50,461 bases of DNA from Pyrinomonadaceae bacterium (GCA_036567125.1 DATCVD010000807.1:1-50461), one strand, 5' to 3'; positions 18,384 to 27,552 are shown, counted from the stretch's first letter. Notes: generated by a model not told the origin, from the letters alone. A program made the numbers and translations.

Positions 18384-19970
18384 CTACAGCGAGACCGTCT
18401 GCTCCGCCCAGAACTGAAACTCGCGGTGCTTGTGCTCCTCGGCCTTCGCCTGAACCTCGCCGCTCGCCACGCGGCGGACGTGCTCGAAGACGCGCGCGCC
18501 CACCTCGTCAATCGTCTCCGTCCCGTCGATGACGTTGCCCGCCGAGAGATCGAGGTCGCGCGACATGCGCTCGAAGACGGGGTTGTTCGAGGCCAGCTTG
18601 ATGACGGGTGCGATGGCGTTTCCGATTGTCGTCCCGCGCCCCGTCGTGAAGACGACGACGGTCGCGCCCGCGGCGACGAGGCCCGGCGTCGACTCCTGAT
18701 CGTAGCCCGGCCCCTGCATCAGGTGGAGGCCCCTGCCCCGCGGCACTTCGGCGTACTCGACGACGCCCTCGACGCGCGTCGTCCCGGCCTTCGCCATCGC
18801 GCCTAAAGATTTGATCGTGATGTTGAGCAGCCCGCCCGCGATGTTGCCGGGGCTGGGGTTCTGGTTGAGCACGGCCCCGAACTTCGAGGCGTACTCCTTG
18901 TACCAGTCGATCATGCGGTAGATCGCGCGGCCCGTCTCGGCGTCCTTCGCGCGGCTCGCGATCAGGTGTTCCGCGCCGCAGAACTCCGGCACTTCCGTAA
19001 TCAGCACAGTCCCGCCGTGGCGGATGAGCGTGTCGGCCGCGCGACCCAGAGAGGGGTTCGCCGAGATGCCCGAAAAACCGTCCGAGCCGCCGCACTTGAC
19101 GCCGAGGACGAGTTCGCTCACGGGCAACTCCTCGCGCTCGACGCGGTTCACATCCGGGAGCATCCGCTCGACCTCACGCAGTCCGCGCTCGATGGCGGCC
19201 TGCGTGCCGCCGATCTCCTGAATGCCGATCTTGGCGACCGGCTTGTCGAACTTCTTGTCGTGGCCGAGCAGGTACTTTTCGACCTTCGCGAGGTTCGTCT
19301 TCTCGCAGCCCAAGTCCATCAGAATCACGCCGCCGACGTTCGGGTGGTCGGCGTAGTTCGAGAGCGTGCGGAGCATCACGTCGATGGTCGAGCCGTCCTG
19401 GCAGCCGCAGCCCTTGTTGTGCGGGATGGCGACGACGCCGTCCACGTTCGGGTAACGCTCGCGCTTGTAGTGTAGGAACTCCGACATCATCGAAATCTGC
19501 TGCGCCTCGTGGCTCGCGCACATCGAGGTCGGGACGATGAGGACGTAGTTGCGGGTGCCGACGCGGCCGTCCGGCCGGCGAAAGCCGCGGAAGGTGGCGC
19601 GCTCCTGAGCGGGGACGTAGTCGGGCGGAGGCGTCGAGAGGTCTTCGGGCAGGTCGCGCACGACCGGCACTTCGTCCGTCATGTTCGCGTGCGAGATGTA
19701 CTCGCCCTCGCCGATGCCGAGGCTCGTGCCGATGGGCTGGCCGTACTGGAGGACGAACTCGCCCGCCGGGATGGCGCGCGTGGCGAAGCGGTGGCCGGGC
19801 GGGACTGTGTCCTTGATTTCGACGACGCGCCCCGAAGGGAGCGCGACCGCCAGGCCGGGCGAGGTCTCGCGCTTGACGACCGCCAGGTTGTCTTCCGGGC
19901 TGACGATGATGGCGTAGTCGCTGACCGGCGCGGCCTGCGTGGTGGTGCTCGACATTCTCGTTCTCTTCAC
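18384..19970 (-). CDS. uxaA: Altronate dehydratase (UxaA/GarD family: SAF domain plus dehydratase domain)
   Basis: Colinear with remembered E. coli UxaA: NLAVV..GHRFATRAI, VGTRNYVLIVPTS, HNKGCG, LGCE, KCGGSDGFSGISANP, LITEVPEFCGAEHL, NPSPGNIAGGL, TGRGT. The start may be the GTG at 19970 or the ATG at 19955. Confidence 0.88.
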   Translation of the reverse strand: MKRTRMSSTTTQAAPVSDYAIIVSPEDNLAVVKRETSPGLAVALPSGRVVEIKDTVPPGHRFATRAIPAGEFVLQYGQPIGTSLGIGEGEYISHANMTDEVPVVRDLPEDLSTPPPDYVPAQERATFRGFRRPDGRVGTRNYVLIVPTSMCASHEAQQISMMSEFLHYKRERYPNVDGVVAIPHNKGCGCQDGSTIDVMLRTLSNYADHPNVGGVILMDLGCEKTNLAKVEKYLLGHDKKFDKPVAKIGIQEIGGTQAAIERGLREVERMLPDVNRVEREELPVSELVLGVKCGGSDGFSGISANPSLGRAADTLIRHGGTVLITEVPEFCGAEHLIASRAKDAETGRAIYRMIDWYKEYASKFGAVLNQNPSPGNIAGGLLNITIKSLGAMAKAGTTRVEGVVEYAEVPRGRGLHLMQGPGYDQESTPGLVAAGATVVVFTTGRGTTIGNAIAPVIKLASNNPVFERMSRDLDLSAGNVIDGTETIDEVGARVFEHVRRVASGEVQAKAEEHKHREFQFWAEQTVSL

Positions 19971-20010
19971 CGTCCTTCCGTCTTTACCGTCTCGAACTCG
20001 GCCAACGCCC

Positions 20011-20949
20011 TTAGGCTTCCAGCACGTCCGGCAGGATGAGCGACCTGACGTTCGGGTGGAGCCTCAGCCAGAGGCCGGGGTTTTCGTCCGCCTGCCGCGC
20101 GCGCTCCGCAGGGTCTTCGGAGATTTCGGTTTCGAGCACGCGGCGGTAGCTCGCGCGCTTGGCCGGGGCGGTCGAGGCGTCAACGATGGACTGCACGACG
20201 CGGCCCGCGCCGAGGATCGCCGCGGGCCCCAGCGTCAGGATGTGCGTGGCCGCGCGGCACTCGGCCTCGTCCCGTTCGGTGACTGCGCTCCCGCCGACCT
20301 TAAACTTGTTGATGTGGTGTTCGAGGATGCTCGCGGAGATCGGGATCACGCCCGCGACATCGCTGGCAGTCGCGCCCGACCCCGGCTTGATGTAGGCGAG
20401 GTGCGAGGCCGCGCCCGCTTCGGGGCCGAGGCCGAGGAAGAAGATGTCTATGCCGCCGAGGCGTTCGAGCCGTTCGAGGTAGCCGACGAGTCCCGCTTCC
20501 AGGTCGTCCGTGTCGGTCAGCATCGGCGTAAAGCTCTTCACCTTACGGAAGAAGGCTTCGCCCAGCAGCCGCTCGAAGTCGCGGACGAAGCTCAGGCCGT
20601 TGTCCATGCGCATCGGCGCGAGCGCGTCCTGCGTGAAGACGTGCAGGCGGCCGAGCAGCGCGTCTTCCGTCGTGCCCCCGGCCAACTCGCCAAGGACGCG
20701 GTACATGGCCTGCGCCCCGCGGCCGCCGAGCAGGATGATGACGAGGTCGCCCTCCTTCTCGCGCGCCGCCCGGCGAAGCTCCCCGAGCTGCTCGCGCCCC
20801 ACGGCGTCTTCGCTCCCCAGAACTTCGTAGTCGAGCTCCCGCGGGCGCAGCCGCGCAACTGCCTCCAAATGATCGGCCCTGCCGTGCGAGAGCCAGACGT
20901 TATCGCCCGCGGTGCGCCGCACGATGGACTGCGTGTTAGGAGCTGACAC
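20011..20949 (-). CDS. NagB/6-phosphogluconolactonase-superfamily sugar isomerase-like protein, function unknown
   Basis: VIILLGGRGAQAMY and FFLGLGPEAGAASHLAYIKPGS resemble the (GG..) and (G.G.DGH.A) motifs of the glucosamine-6-P isomerase / lactonase fold. Start moved to the GTG at 20949 (AGGGGA upstream). The track start TTG at 21027 sits inside a regulatory palindrome. Confidence 0.6.
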   Translation of the reverse strand: MSAPNTQSIVRRTAGDNVWLSHGRADHLEAVARLRPRELDYEVLGSEDAVGREQLGELRRAAREKEGDLVIILLGGRGAQAMYRVLGELAGGTTEDALLGRLHVFTQDALAPMRMDNGLSFVRDFERLLGEAFFRKVKSFTPMLTDTDDLEAGLVGYLERLERLGGIDIFFLGLGPEAGAASHLAYIKPGSGATASDVAGVIPISASILEHHINKFKVGGSAVTERDEAECRAATHILTLGPAAILGAGRVVQSIVDASTAPAKRASYRRVLETEISEDPAERARQADENPGLWLRLHPNVRSLILPDVLEA

Positions 20950-21025
20950 TCTTATTCCCCTGACAAATTCATAACGGCCCGGATGCCCGATTGCAATAAA
21001 GACCAGATGGCACTTTCGGATTGTC

Positions 21026-21046
21026 AAGAATGGTTAGACCATTCTT
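21026..21046. promoter_or_regulatory. Candidate GntR-type operator in the divergent NagB-like/uxaA and SDR/TRAP promoter region
   Basis: Perfect 9+3+9 palindrome AAGAATGGT-TAG-ACCATTCTT. Confidence 0.5.
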
Positions 21047-21190
21047 AAATTGAAGAGTGAATTTTTACCATGAGTTGACTAATAATGCAAGGCGTATTGT
21101 GGACATATTATGGATATATTAAGATATTAAGGCTATTTGAGGCTTGACAAGATAATCGTCTTGGTGTTACATACCAACCGCCCGATCTTT

Positions 21191-21203
21191 AATTGGTTTA
21201 ACC
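21191..21203. promoter_or_regulatory. Candidate GntR-type operator upstream of the SDR gene, next to a sigma70-like promoter
   Basis: AATTGGTTTAACC. Just upstream are TTGGT-GTTACAT-ACCAA (21161-21177) and a possible promoter TTGACA (21144-21149) - 17 nt - TTACAT (21167-21172). Confidence 0.4.
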
Positions 21204-21351
21204 TTCTAAGGCGCAGCCCGCTCGGATTCCCATCTGGTCGGGCGAAGGTTTAAGCCTAGTCGTATTCGGCCCGACCGACATTTGGAAGACCACGTCCTGC
21301 CGCGGTTGGCCGGCGGCCAGCCCAGAGCCATCTTAAATAAGGAACCGCGCA

Positions 21352-22128
21352 ATGACTTATAAGCCTTTGGAGTTAGACGGCAAAGTGGCTGTCGTCGTTG
21401 GCGGCACTTCAGGGATCGGAAGGGCGATAGCGCACGGCTTGGCCGCCGCCGGCGCGGACGTCGTCCCCACCTCACGGCGCGAGGAGCAGGTCGATGCGGC
21501 GGCGCGGGAGATCGAGGCCATCGGCCGCAGTTCGTTGCGCGTCGCCTCGGACGTTTCCGACCGCGCCTCCCTCCAGCGCGTCCTCGACGAGACCGTCCGC
21601 GCCTTGGGCAAGGTAGATATCTTGGTCAATTCCGCGGGCAAGACGAAGCGCGCGCCCACGCTCGACTTCGCCGAAGAGGACTGGGCCGACATCATCGAGA
21701 CGAACCTGACGGGTACGCTGCGCGCCTGCCAGGTCTTCGGCCGCCACATGCTGGAGCGCGAATACGGCCGCATCATCAACATCGCGTCGCTCTCCACCTT
21801 CGTCGCGCTCTACGAGGTGGCGGCCTACTCGGCGAGCAAGGCGGCCGTCGCCTCGCTCACCAAGTCGCTCGCGGTCGAGTGGTCGCCGCGCGGAGTCAAC
21901 GTCAACGCCATCGCGCCCGGCGTCTTCCGCACCGCGCTCAACCAGAAGCTGCTGGACGAGACCGAGCGCGGCCGCGAGTTCCTGACGCGCACGCCGATGA
22001 AACGCTTCGGCCGGGTCGAGGAGTTGGCGGGCGCGGCCGTCTTCCTCGCCTCCGACGCGGCCAGCTTCGTCACCGGCGAGATTCTGGCCGTGGACGGCGG
22101 CTTCCTCGCGAGCGGGGTGAATCAGTGA
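21352..22128 (+). CDS. Short-chain dehydrogenase/reductase (gluconate 5-dehydrogenase-like); candidate uronate-pathway reductase
   Basis: GKVAVVVGGTSGIGRAIA (Rossmann), NSAG, YSASKAAV (YxxxK), NAIAPGVFRT, PMKRFGRVEELAGAAVFLASDAASFVTGEILAVDGG. Confidence 0.85.
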   Translation: MTYKPLELDGKVAVVVGGTSGIGRAIAHGLAAAGADVVPTSRREEQVDAAAREIEAIGRSSLRVASDVSDRASLQRVLDETVRALGKVDILVNSAGKTKRAPTLDFAEEDWADIIETNLTGTLRACQVFGRHMLEREYGRIINIASLSTFVALYEVAAYSASKAAVASLTKSLAVEWSPRGVNVNAIAPGVFRTALNQKLLDETERGREFLTRTPMKRFGRVEELAGAAVFLASDAASFVTGEILAVDGGFLASGVNQ

Positions 22129-22131
22129 GAG

Positions 22132-22304
22132 GAAGCTGTTAGCTATTAGCTATTAGCTGCTGGGGCACGGCAGGCGCCGAGCCGCGAGTTGAGCGGTGAG
22201 TAGCAACATTGAGAAGCTGTAACCCGCATGGTTGCAGGCAAGGCGCAGGGTTGAAAACAGGTATTCACCTTACTTCCTTCTGAAAGCTAACCGCTAACAG
22301 CTTC
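22132..22304. repeat. Heptamer-hairpin intergenic repeat, copy 3 (long spacer)
   Basis: Left arm GAAGCTGTTAGCTATTAGCTATTAGCTGC (22132-22160); right arm GAAAGCTAACCGCTAACAGCTTC (22282-22304). The outer 12 bp pair perfectly. The spacer is about 120 nt. It fills the SDR-M24 spacer and ends 4 nt before the ATG at 22309. Confidence 0.85.
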
Positions 22305-22308
22305 TGCC

Positions 22309-23430
22309 ATGCCCAACGCCGAGATCGCGGAGAAGATTGAGAGGCTCATGCGGGCAATGCGCGCGGAGGCTCTGGGCGGCGTGCTCGTGGGCGCGCAGCA
22401 CAACTTCTCCTGGCTGACGGCGGGCGCGTCGAACGGCATCGATCAGAGCCGGGACGCCGGCGCGGGCGCGCTGCTCGTGCGCGCCGACGGCCGCCGCTTC
22501 GCCCTCGCCAGCCGCATCGAGATGCCGCGCCTGCTCGCCGAGGAGGTTTCGACAGAGGAGTTCGAGCCGGTCGAGTTCGCGTGGGAGGAGGAGAAGGCGT
22601 CGCCGACGTTTCTCGCCGACCGCGCACGACGGCTTATCGCCGGTAACACCGTGCTGGGTTCCGATCTTCCGGCCGGCCCTGACGCGCGGGTAGTCGAAGG
22701 GCTGATCTCGCGGTGCAGGTATCAACTCACCAGCCCGGAGCTTGAAAGATACGGGCAACTCGGCCGCGACGCGGGTGAGTCAGTGGGCCAACTGGTCAGG
22801 AGCCTTTCGCCCGGCCTGACCGAGTCGGAGGTGGCCCGGCGGGTTTCGGACGCGCTGGCCGCGCGCGGCATCCGCGCCGTGGTGAACCTCATAGCGGCCG
22901 ACGAGCGGATTGAAAAGTTTCGCCATCCTGTGCCGACTGACAGACGCTGGGAGCGCGTCCTGATGGTGGTCGTCTGCGCGCGGCGCGCGGGGCTTGTCGC
23001 CTCATTGACGCGGATCGTCTGCGCCGGCCCCGTGCCGGGGGAACTGAGGCGGCGGGCTGAGTCTTGCGCGCGCGTCAACGCGCGGCTGTTGGCCGCGACA
23101 CGGCCGGGCGCGACCGGCGCGGAGATCTACGAGACGGCGGCGCGCGCTTACACGGACGAAGGTTTCGCGGGCGAGGAGCGTTTGCACCACCAGGGCGGCG
23201 CGGCCGGATACCGCACGCGCGACTGGGTGGCGCACCCTGCCTCGACGGAAGCGGTTCACGCCGGGCAGGCGTTCGCGTGGAACCCATCGATCACGGGCGC
23301 GAAGGTCGAAGAGACGTGTCTCGCCTTTGAAGACGGCGTGGAAGTCATCTCCGCCTCCCCCGGCTGGCCTCAGATCATAAGCGTGCTCGACGGCCGCGAG
23401 TACCGATCCCCCGACGTGCTGAAACTGTAA
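22309..23430 (+). CDS. M24 (creatinase/prolidase-fold) family protein, possibly catalytically divergent
   Basis: Creatinase_N-like N-terminus, then a pita-bread-fold C-terminus (..LHHQGGAAGYRTRDW.., NPSITGAKVEETCLAFEDGVEVIS). Confidence 0.65.
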   Translation: MPNAEIAEKIERLMRAMRAEALGGVLVGAQHNFSWLTAGASNGIDQSRDAGAGALLVRADGRRFALASRIEMPRLLAEEVSTEEFEPVEFAWEEEKASPTFLADRARRLIAGNTVLGSDLPAGPDARVVEGLISRCRYQLTSPELERYGQLGRDAGESVGQLVRSLSPGLTESEVARRVSDALAARGIRAVVNLIAADERIEKFRHPVPTDRRWERVLMVVVCARRAGLVASLTRIVCAGPVPGELRRRAESCARVNARLLAATRPGATGAEIYETAARAYTDEGFAGEERLHHQGGAAGYRTRDWVAHPASTEAVHAGQAFAWNPSITGAKVEETCLAFEDGVEVISASPGWPQIISVLDGREYRSPDVLKL

Positions 23431-23498
23431 GCCCTTTTCCCGTCCACAAAGGTTGTAGGTCTCTTGACCTCGTAAGTCTTTTTTTGAGGTAGCGTCTC

Positions 23499-24506
23499 GT
23501 GAAAGGTTGGAATCTCGTCTTCCTGCTGCCGCTCGCCATCCTAGCCTACGGCTTTTATGTCGGCCTTTCTTCGCCGGTCGAGCAGGCCAAGGTCATACGG
23601 CTCGGCCACATCCTCAACCAGTCGCACCCCGTCCACAAGGCCATGCAGTTCATGGCCGAAGACCTGGAGAAGCGTTCGGGCGGGCGGCTGCGGATGGAAA
23701 TCTACCCGGACGAGCAGCTCGGCCCGGAGCGCGAGCTGATCGAGATGTTGCAGGTCGGGAGCCTCGGCATGACGAAGGTCTCGGCCGCCGTGCTCGAAAA
23801 CTTCTCGCCGCAGATCACGGTCTTTTCGCTTCCCTACCTGTTCCGCGACCGCGACCACTTCTGGAAGGTGATGGACGGGCCCGTCGGCGAGGAACTGCTC
23901 GACGTGTCGCTCCCGTTCAACCTGAAGGGCGTCGCCTACTACGACGCGGGCGCGCGCAGCTTTTACGTCAACAAGAAGGCGGGCCGCGCGGTGCGCCGGC
24001 CCGAAGATTTGCACGGCCTCTCGATCCGCGTCCAGAAGAGCAAGTCGGCGGTGCGGATGGTCGAGGTGCTCGGCGCCAACCCCGTGCCGCTGCCCTTCGG
24101 CGAACTCTACTCGGCGCTCGACACCGGCACTGTTGACGGGGCCGAGAACAACCCCCCGTCGCTCCAGACCTCGAAGCAGTACGAGGTCTCTTCGACCTAC
24201 AGTCTCGACGAGCACACGCTCGTCCCCGACCTCCTCATCATGAGCCTCGACACGTGGAACCGGCTGACCGAGGAAGAGCGGCGATGGGTGAAGGAATCGG
24301 CCCACGCCTCCTCGCTCCGCCAGCGCGAGTTGTGGCAGCAGGCCGAAGCAGAGGCGATGGCCGAGATGGAGCGCGCCGGACTCAAGATCGTTAATGACGT
24401 GGACAAGGAAGCCTTCCGCCGCAAGGCCGCCGCCATGTACAAGGACGCCGACTACCAGACCCCGCAGATTCAGGAGTTGATCCGGCGCATTACGGAGACG
24501 CGGTAG
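23499..24506 (+). CDS. dctP: TRAP transporter substrate-binding protein (DctP family)
   Basis: GTG start; N-terminal membrane anchor or signal. IRLGHILNQSHPVHKAMQFMAEDLEKRSGGRLRMEIYPDEQLG and GAENNPPS are typical DctP-family features. Confidence 0.85.
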   Translation: MKGWNLVFLLPLAILAYGFYVGLSSPVEQAKVIRLGHILNQSHPVHKAMQFMAEDLEKRSGGRLRMEIYPDEQLGPERELIEMLQVGSLGMTKVSAAVLENFSPQITVFSLPYLFRDRDHFWKVMDGPVGEELLDVSLPFNLKGVAYYDAGARSFYVNKKAGRAVRRPEDLHGLSIRVQKSKSAVRMVEVLGANPVPLPFGELYSALDTGTVDGAENNPPSLQTSKQYEVSSTYSLDEHTLVPDLLIMSLDTWNRLTEEERRWVKESAHASSLRQRELWQQAEAEAMAEMERAGLKIVNDVDKEAFRRKAAAMYKDADYQTPQIQELIRRITETR

Positions 24507-24517
24507 AGGGGAACCTA

Positions 24518-25066
24518 ATGGAAGTCATCAGAGTCGTTAACCGCCAACTCGAATACGCGCTGCGCGTCGTCCTCGTCCTCCTGCTGACGGTGATGACGCT
24601 GACGGTCGTCTGGCAGGTGCTCTCGCGCCTGCTCGCGAAGGCGACGGTCGCCTACGGCCTGCCGCTCCTCATCGAGCCGAGCCGCTGGACGGAGGAGATG
24701 GCGAGCTTCCAGCTCGGCTGGCTCGCGCTGCTCGGCGCGGCCTACGCCCTGCGCAAGCACGAGCACCTCGGCTTCGACTTCATCTACCTGAAGATGACGC
24801 CCGCCGGGCAGCGCCGGACGGAGCTGTTCGTGCGCGCGCTCGTCATCATCTTCTCGCTCACGGTGCTAGTCTACGGCGGGTCACGCCTCGTGCTGATGAC
24901 CTTTCAGCTAAAGCAGACCACGGCCGGGCTACAGTGGCCGATGGCGGTCATCTACGCCGTCATCCCTGTGAGCGGCCTGCTGATGGCGATCTTCGCCGTC
25001 GAGGGCGTCTTCGCCCCCGGCGAGTCGCAACTCGAAGAGGGGCAGGTCGAGGAGGCGGCGCTATGA
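24518..25066 (+). CDS. dctQ: TRAP transporter small permease (DctQ family)
   Basis: 182 aa with four predicted hydrophobic helices; position between DctP and DctM; ATGA overlap with the next gene. Confidence 0.8.
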   Translation: MEVIRVVNRQLEYALRVVLVLLLTVMTLTVVWQVLSRLLAKATVAYGLPLLIEPSRWTEEMASFQLGWLALLGAAYALRKHEHLGFDFIYLKMTPAGQRRTELFVRALVIIFSLTVLVYGGSRLVLMTFQLKQTTAGLQWPMAVIYAVIPVSGLLMAIFAVEGVFAPGESQLEEGQVEEAAL

Positions 25067-26388
25067 CAATCGCGGTACTGACGGGCGTCTTCATCCTCCT
25101 GCTCTTCCTGAGAGTGCCCATCGCCTTCTGCATCGGGGCGAGCGCGCTCTGCGCGATGCTCGTCAGCCTCCCGTTCGATCCGAGTGCCATCACCATCGCG
25201 CAGCGCGTGGGGACGAGCATCACCAGCTTCACGCTGCTCGCCATCCCCTTCTTCGTGCTGGCCGGGCGGCTGCTCGCTACCGGTGGCGTCGCGCGCCGCC
25301 TCATCGACTTCGCGGTCGTGACCGTGGGCTTCCTGCCGGGCGGCCTCGCCGTGACGAACGTGCTGGCGAACATGCTCTTCGGCGCGGTTTCCGGCTCGGC
25401 GGCGGCGGCGGCCTCCGGCATCGGCGGATTCATGATCCCGGCGATGGAGGAGAAGCGTTACCCGAAGGAGTTCGCCGCGGCGCTGACCGTGACCTCGGCG
25501 ACGACGGGGCTGCTCATCCCGCCGAGCAACGTCTTCATCGTTTACGCGATGGTGGCGGGCGGCGTCTCGGTCGGCGCGCTCTTCGTCGCGGGCTACCTGC
25601 CGGGCATCCTCCTCGGGCTCGCGCTGATGGGCATCGCCGTCGTCGTGACGCAGAAGAACGGCTACGGGGTGCGTACGCCCGCCCCGACCCTGCGGCAGTT
25701 CGCCCGGAGCCTGTTCGGCGTCATCCCCACCATCCTGATGCTCATCCTCGTGATGGGCGGCATCGTGACGGGGTTCTTCACGGCGACCGAAGCGTCGGCC
25801 ATCTCCGTGGTCTACGCCTTCGCGCTCTCGATGTTCTACTACCGCGAGGTGAAGTGGCGCGATCTGCCGCAGATTCTCGTCGAGACGGCCTCGACGACCG
25901 GCATGGTCTTCCTCCTCATCGGCACTTCCATCGCGATGGCGTGGATCTTCGCCTACGCGAACGTCCCGCAGTTCATCGACACCTTCATCCGCGGCGTGAG
26001 CAGCAACCCCATCATCATCCTGCTGATCATCAACCTGATCCTGCTGGCCGTCGGCACCTTCATGGACATGACGCCGGCCATCCTCATCTTCACCCCCATC
26101 TTCCTCCCCATCGCCCAAGACCTCGCGCCGGCGCTCGGGACGACCCCCGAGCTGATGAAGTACCAGTTCGGCATCATCATCGTCTTCAACCTCTGCATCG
26201 GGCTGTGCACGCCGCCCGTCGGCACGGTGCTCTTTATCGGGTGCGGCATCGCGAAGATATCGATCACGCGGATCATCCGGCCGCTCATCCCGCTCTTCGT
26301 CGCCGCCGGCGTCGCGCTGCTGCTCGTCACCTACGTTCCGTGGCTGAGCACCTGGCTGCCGCGCGACGTCTTCAAAATGATCAAGTGA
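25063..26388 (+). CDS. dctM: TRAP transporter large permease (DctM family)
   Basis: Start at the ATG at 25063 (MTIAVLTGVFILLLFLRVPIAF..), overlapping the dctQ stop. The track ORF from 24934 is an in-frame read-through. Polytopic membrane protein with typical DctM N-terminus and length (441 aa). Confidence 0.88.
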   Translation: MTIAVLTGVFILLLFLRVPIAFCIGASALCAMLVSLPFDPSAITIAQRVGTSITSFTLLAIPFFVLAGRLLATGGVARRLIDFAVVTVGFLPGGLAVTNVLANMLFGAVSGSAAAAASGIGGFMIPAMEEKRYPKEFAAALTVTSATTGLLIPPSNVFIVYAMVAGGVSVGALFVAGYLPGILLGLALMGIAVVVTQKNGYGVRTPAPTLRQFARSLFGVIPTILMLILVMGGIVTGFFTATEASAISVVYAFALSMFYYREVKWRDLPQILVETASTTGMVFLLIGTSIAMAWIFAYANVPQFIDTFIRGVSSNPIIILLIINLILLAVGTFMDMTPAILIFTPIFLPIAQDLAPALGTTPELMKYQFGIIIVFNLCIGLCTPPVGTVLFIGCGIAKISITRIIRPLIPLFVAAGVALLLVTYVPWLSTWLPRDVFKMIK

Positions 26389-26424
26389 GGCGCGCGAGTC
26401 AAGACCGTTTTAAGGACAAGAGAG

Positions 26425-27525
26425 ATGGCCGACTTCAAGATCAAAGACAAGAGCGACTGCCGCTGGGATTGCGTCTCGCTGGGCGAGGTGATGCTCAGGC
26501 TCGATCCCGGCGACGCGCGCGTCCACACGGCGCGGGAGTTCCGCGCCTGGGAGGGCGGCGGCGAGTACAACGTCGCGCGGGGCCTGAAGCGCTGCTTCGG
26601 CTTGGAGACCGCGGTCGTCACCGCGCTCGCCGACAACCCCGTCGGCCGGCTTGTGCAGGACTTGATCTATCAGGGCGGCGTCGATCAGTCGCACGTCCTC
26701 TGGCGTAAGTACGACGGCGTCGGGCGCGAGGTCAGAAACGGCCTCAACTTCACCGAGCGGGGTTTCGGCGTGCGCGCGGCTCTTGGGTGCTCCGACCGCG
26801 GCCATACGGCCGTCTCGCAGCTCCGGCCCGGCGACATCGACTGGGAGAAAATCTTCGGCCGCGAGGGCGCGCGCTGGTTCCATACCGGCGGCATCTTCGC
26901 CGCGCTCTCGGAGACGACGCCCGCCGTCGCCCGCGAGGCGATGCAGGCGGCCGAGCGACACGGCACGGTCATCTCCTACGACCTGAACTACCGCGAGAGC
27001 CTGTGGAAGGGCGTCGGCGGCAAGGCCCGCGCGCAGGAGGTCAACCGGGAGCTCGCGCGCTACGTGGACGTGATGATCGGCAACGAGGAGGACTTCACGG
27101 CCTGCCTCGGCCTCGAAGTCGAAGGGCTGGACGAGCACCACTCTAAGTTGGACGTCGCCAACTTCCGCAAGATGATCGAGCGCGCTGTTTCAGAGTTCCC
27201 GAACTTCAAGGTAGTCGCCACCACGCTGCGCAACGCGAAGACGGCCACGGTCAACGACTGGGGCGCAGTCTGCTACGCCGGCGGCGAACTCTACCAGGCG
27301 CAGACGCGCGCTGAATTAGAGATCTTCGACCGCGTCGGCGGCGGCGACTCGTTCGCCTCTGGGCTTATCTACGGCTTCCTGGCGAATAAAGGCCCGCAGT
27401 GGGCGGTCGAGTGCGGCGCGGCCCACGGAGCGCTGGCGATGACCACGCCGGGCGACACGACGATGGCGACGCTCCCCGAGGTCGAGCGCGTGATGAAGGG
27501 CGGCGGCGCGCGCGTCGCGCGGTGA
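26425..27525 (+). CDS. kdgK: 2-dehydro-3-deoxygluconokinase (PfkB family)
   Basis: PfkB signatures: GEVMLRLDP, GGEYNVARGL, DRVGGGDSFASGLIYGFL. Lies between the TRAP genes and eda. Confidence 0.85.
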   Translation: MADFKIKDKSDCRWDCVSLGEVMLRLDPGDARVHTAREFRAWEGGGEYNVARGLKRCFGLETAVVTALADNPVGRLVQDLIYQGGVDQSHVLWRKYDGVGREVRNGLNFTERGFGVRAALGCSDRGHTAVSQLRPGDIDWEKIFGREGARWFHTGGIFAALSETTPAVAREAMQAAERHGTVISYDLNYRESLWKGVGGKARAQEVNRELARYVDVMIGNEEDFTACLGLEVEGLDEHHSKLDVANFRKMIERAVSEFPNFKVVATTLRNAKTATVNDWGAVCYAGGELYQAQTRAELEIFDRVGGGDSFASGLIYGFLANKGPQWAVECGAAHGALAMTTPGDTTMATLPEVERVMKGGGARVAR

Positions 27526-27552
27526 GTGCACAAAAGTTGTCGGGAGTGCTTG

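Noticed and set aside
20950-21027. TTG start at 21027 for the NagB-like gene.
   Set aside because: It lies inside the perfect 21-nt palindrome 21026-21046, in an AT-rich non-coding-looking stretch. The GTG at 20949 with AGGGGA upstream is more plausible, but the true start remains uncertain.
23455-23498. AGGTC-TCTT-GACCT inverted repeat upstream of dctP as another operator of the same regulon.
   Set aside because: Its spacing and half-sites differ from the TGGT-N3-ACCA family. It overlaps a plausible TTGACC -35 box and occurs once, so the evidence is insufficient.
24934-25062. N-terminal extension of the dctM ORF (track start 24934).
   Set aside because: The extension overlaps the dctQ coding region in another frame and translates to an Arg/Gly-rich non-membrane sequence. 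The ATG at 25063 gives the canonical DctM N-terminus and an ATGA overlap with dctQ.
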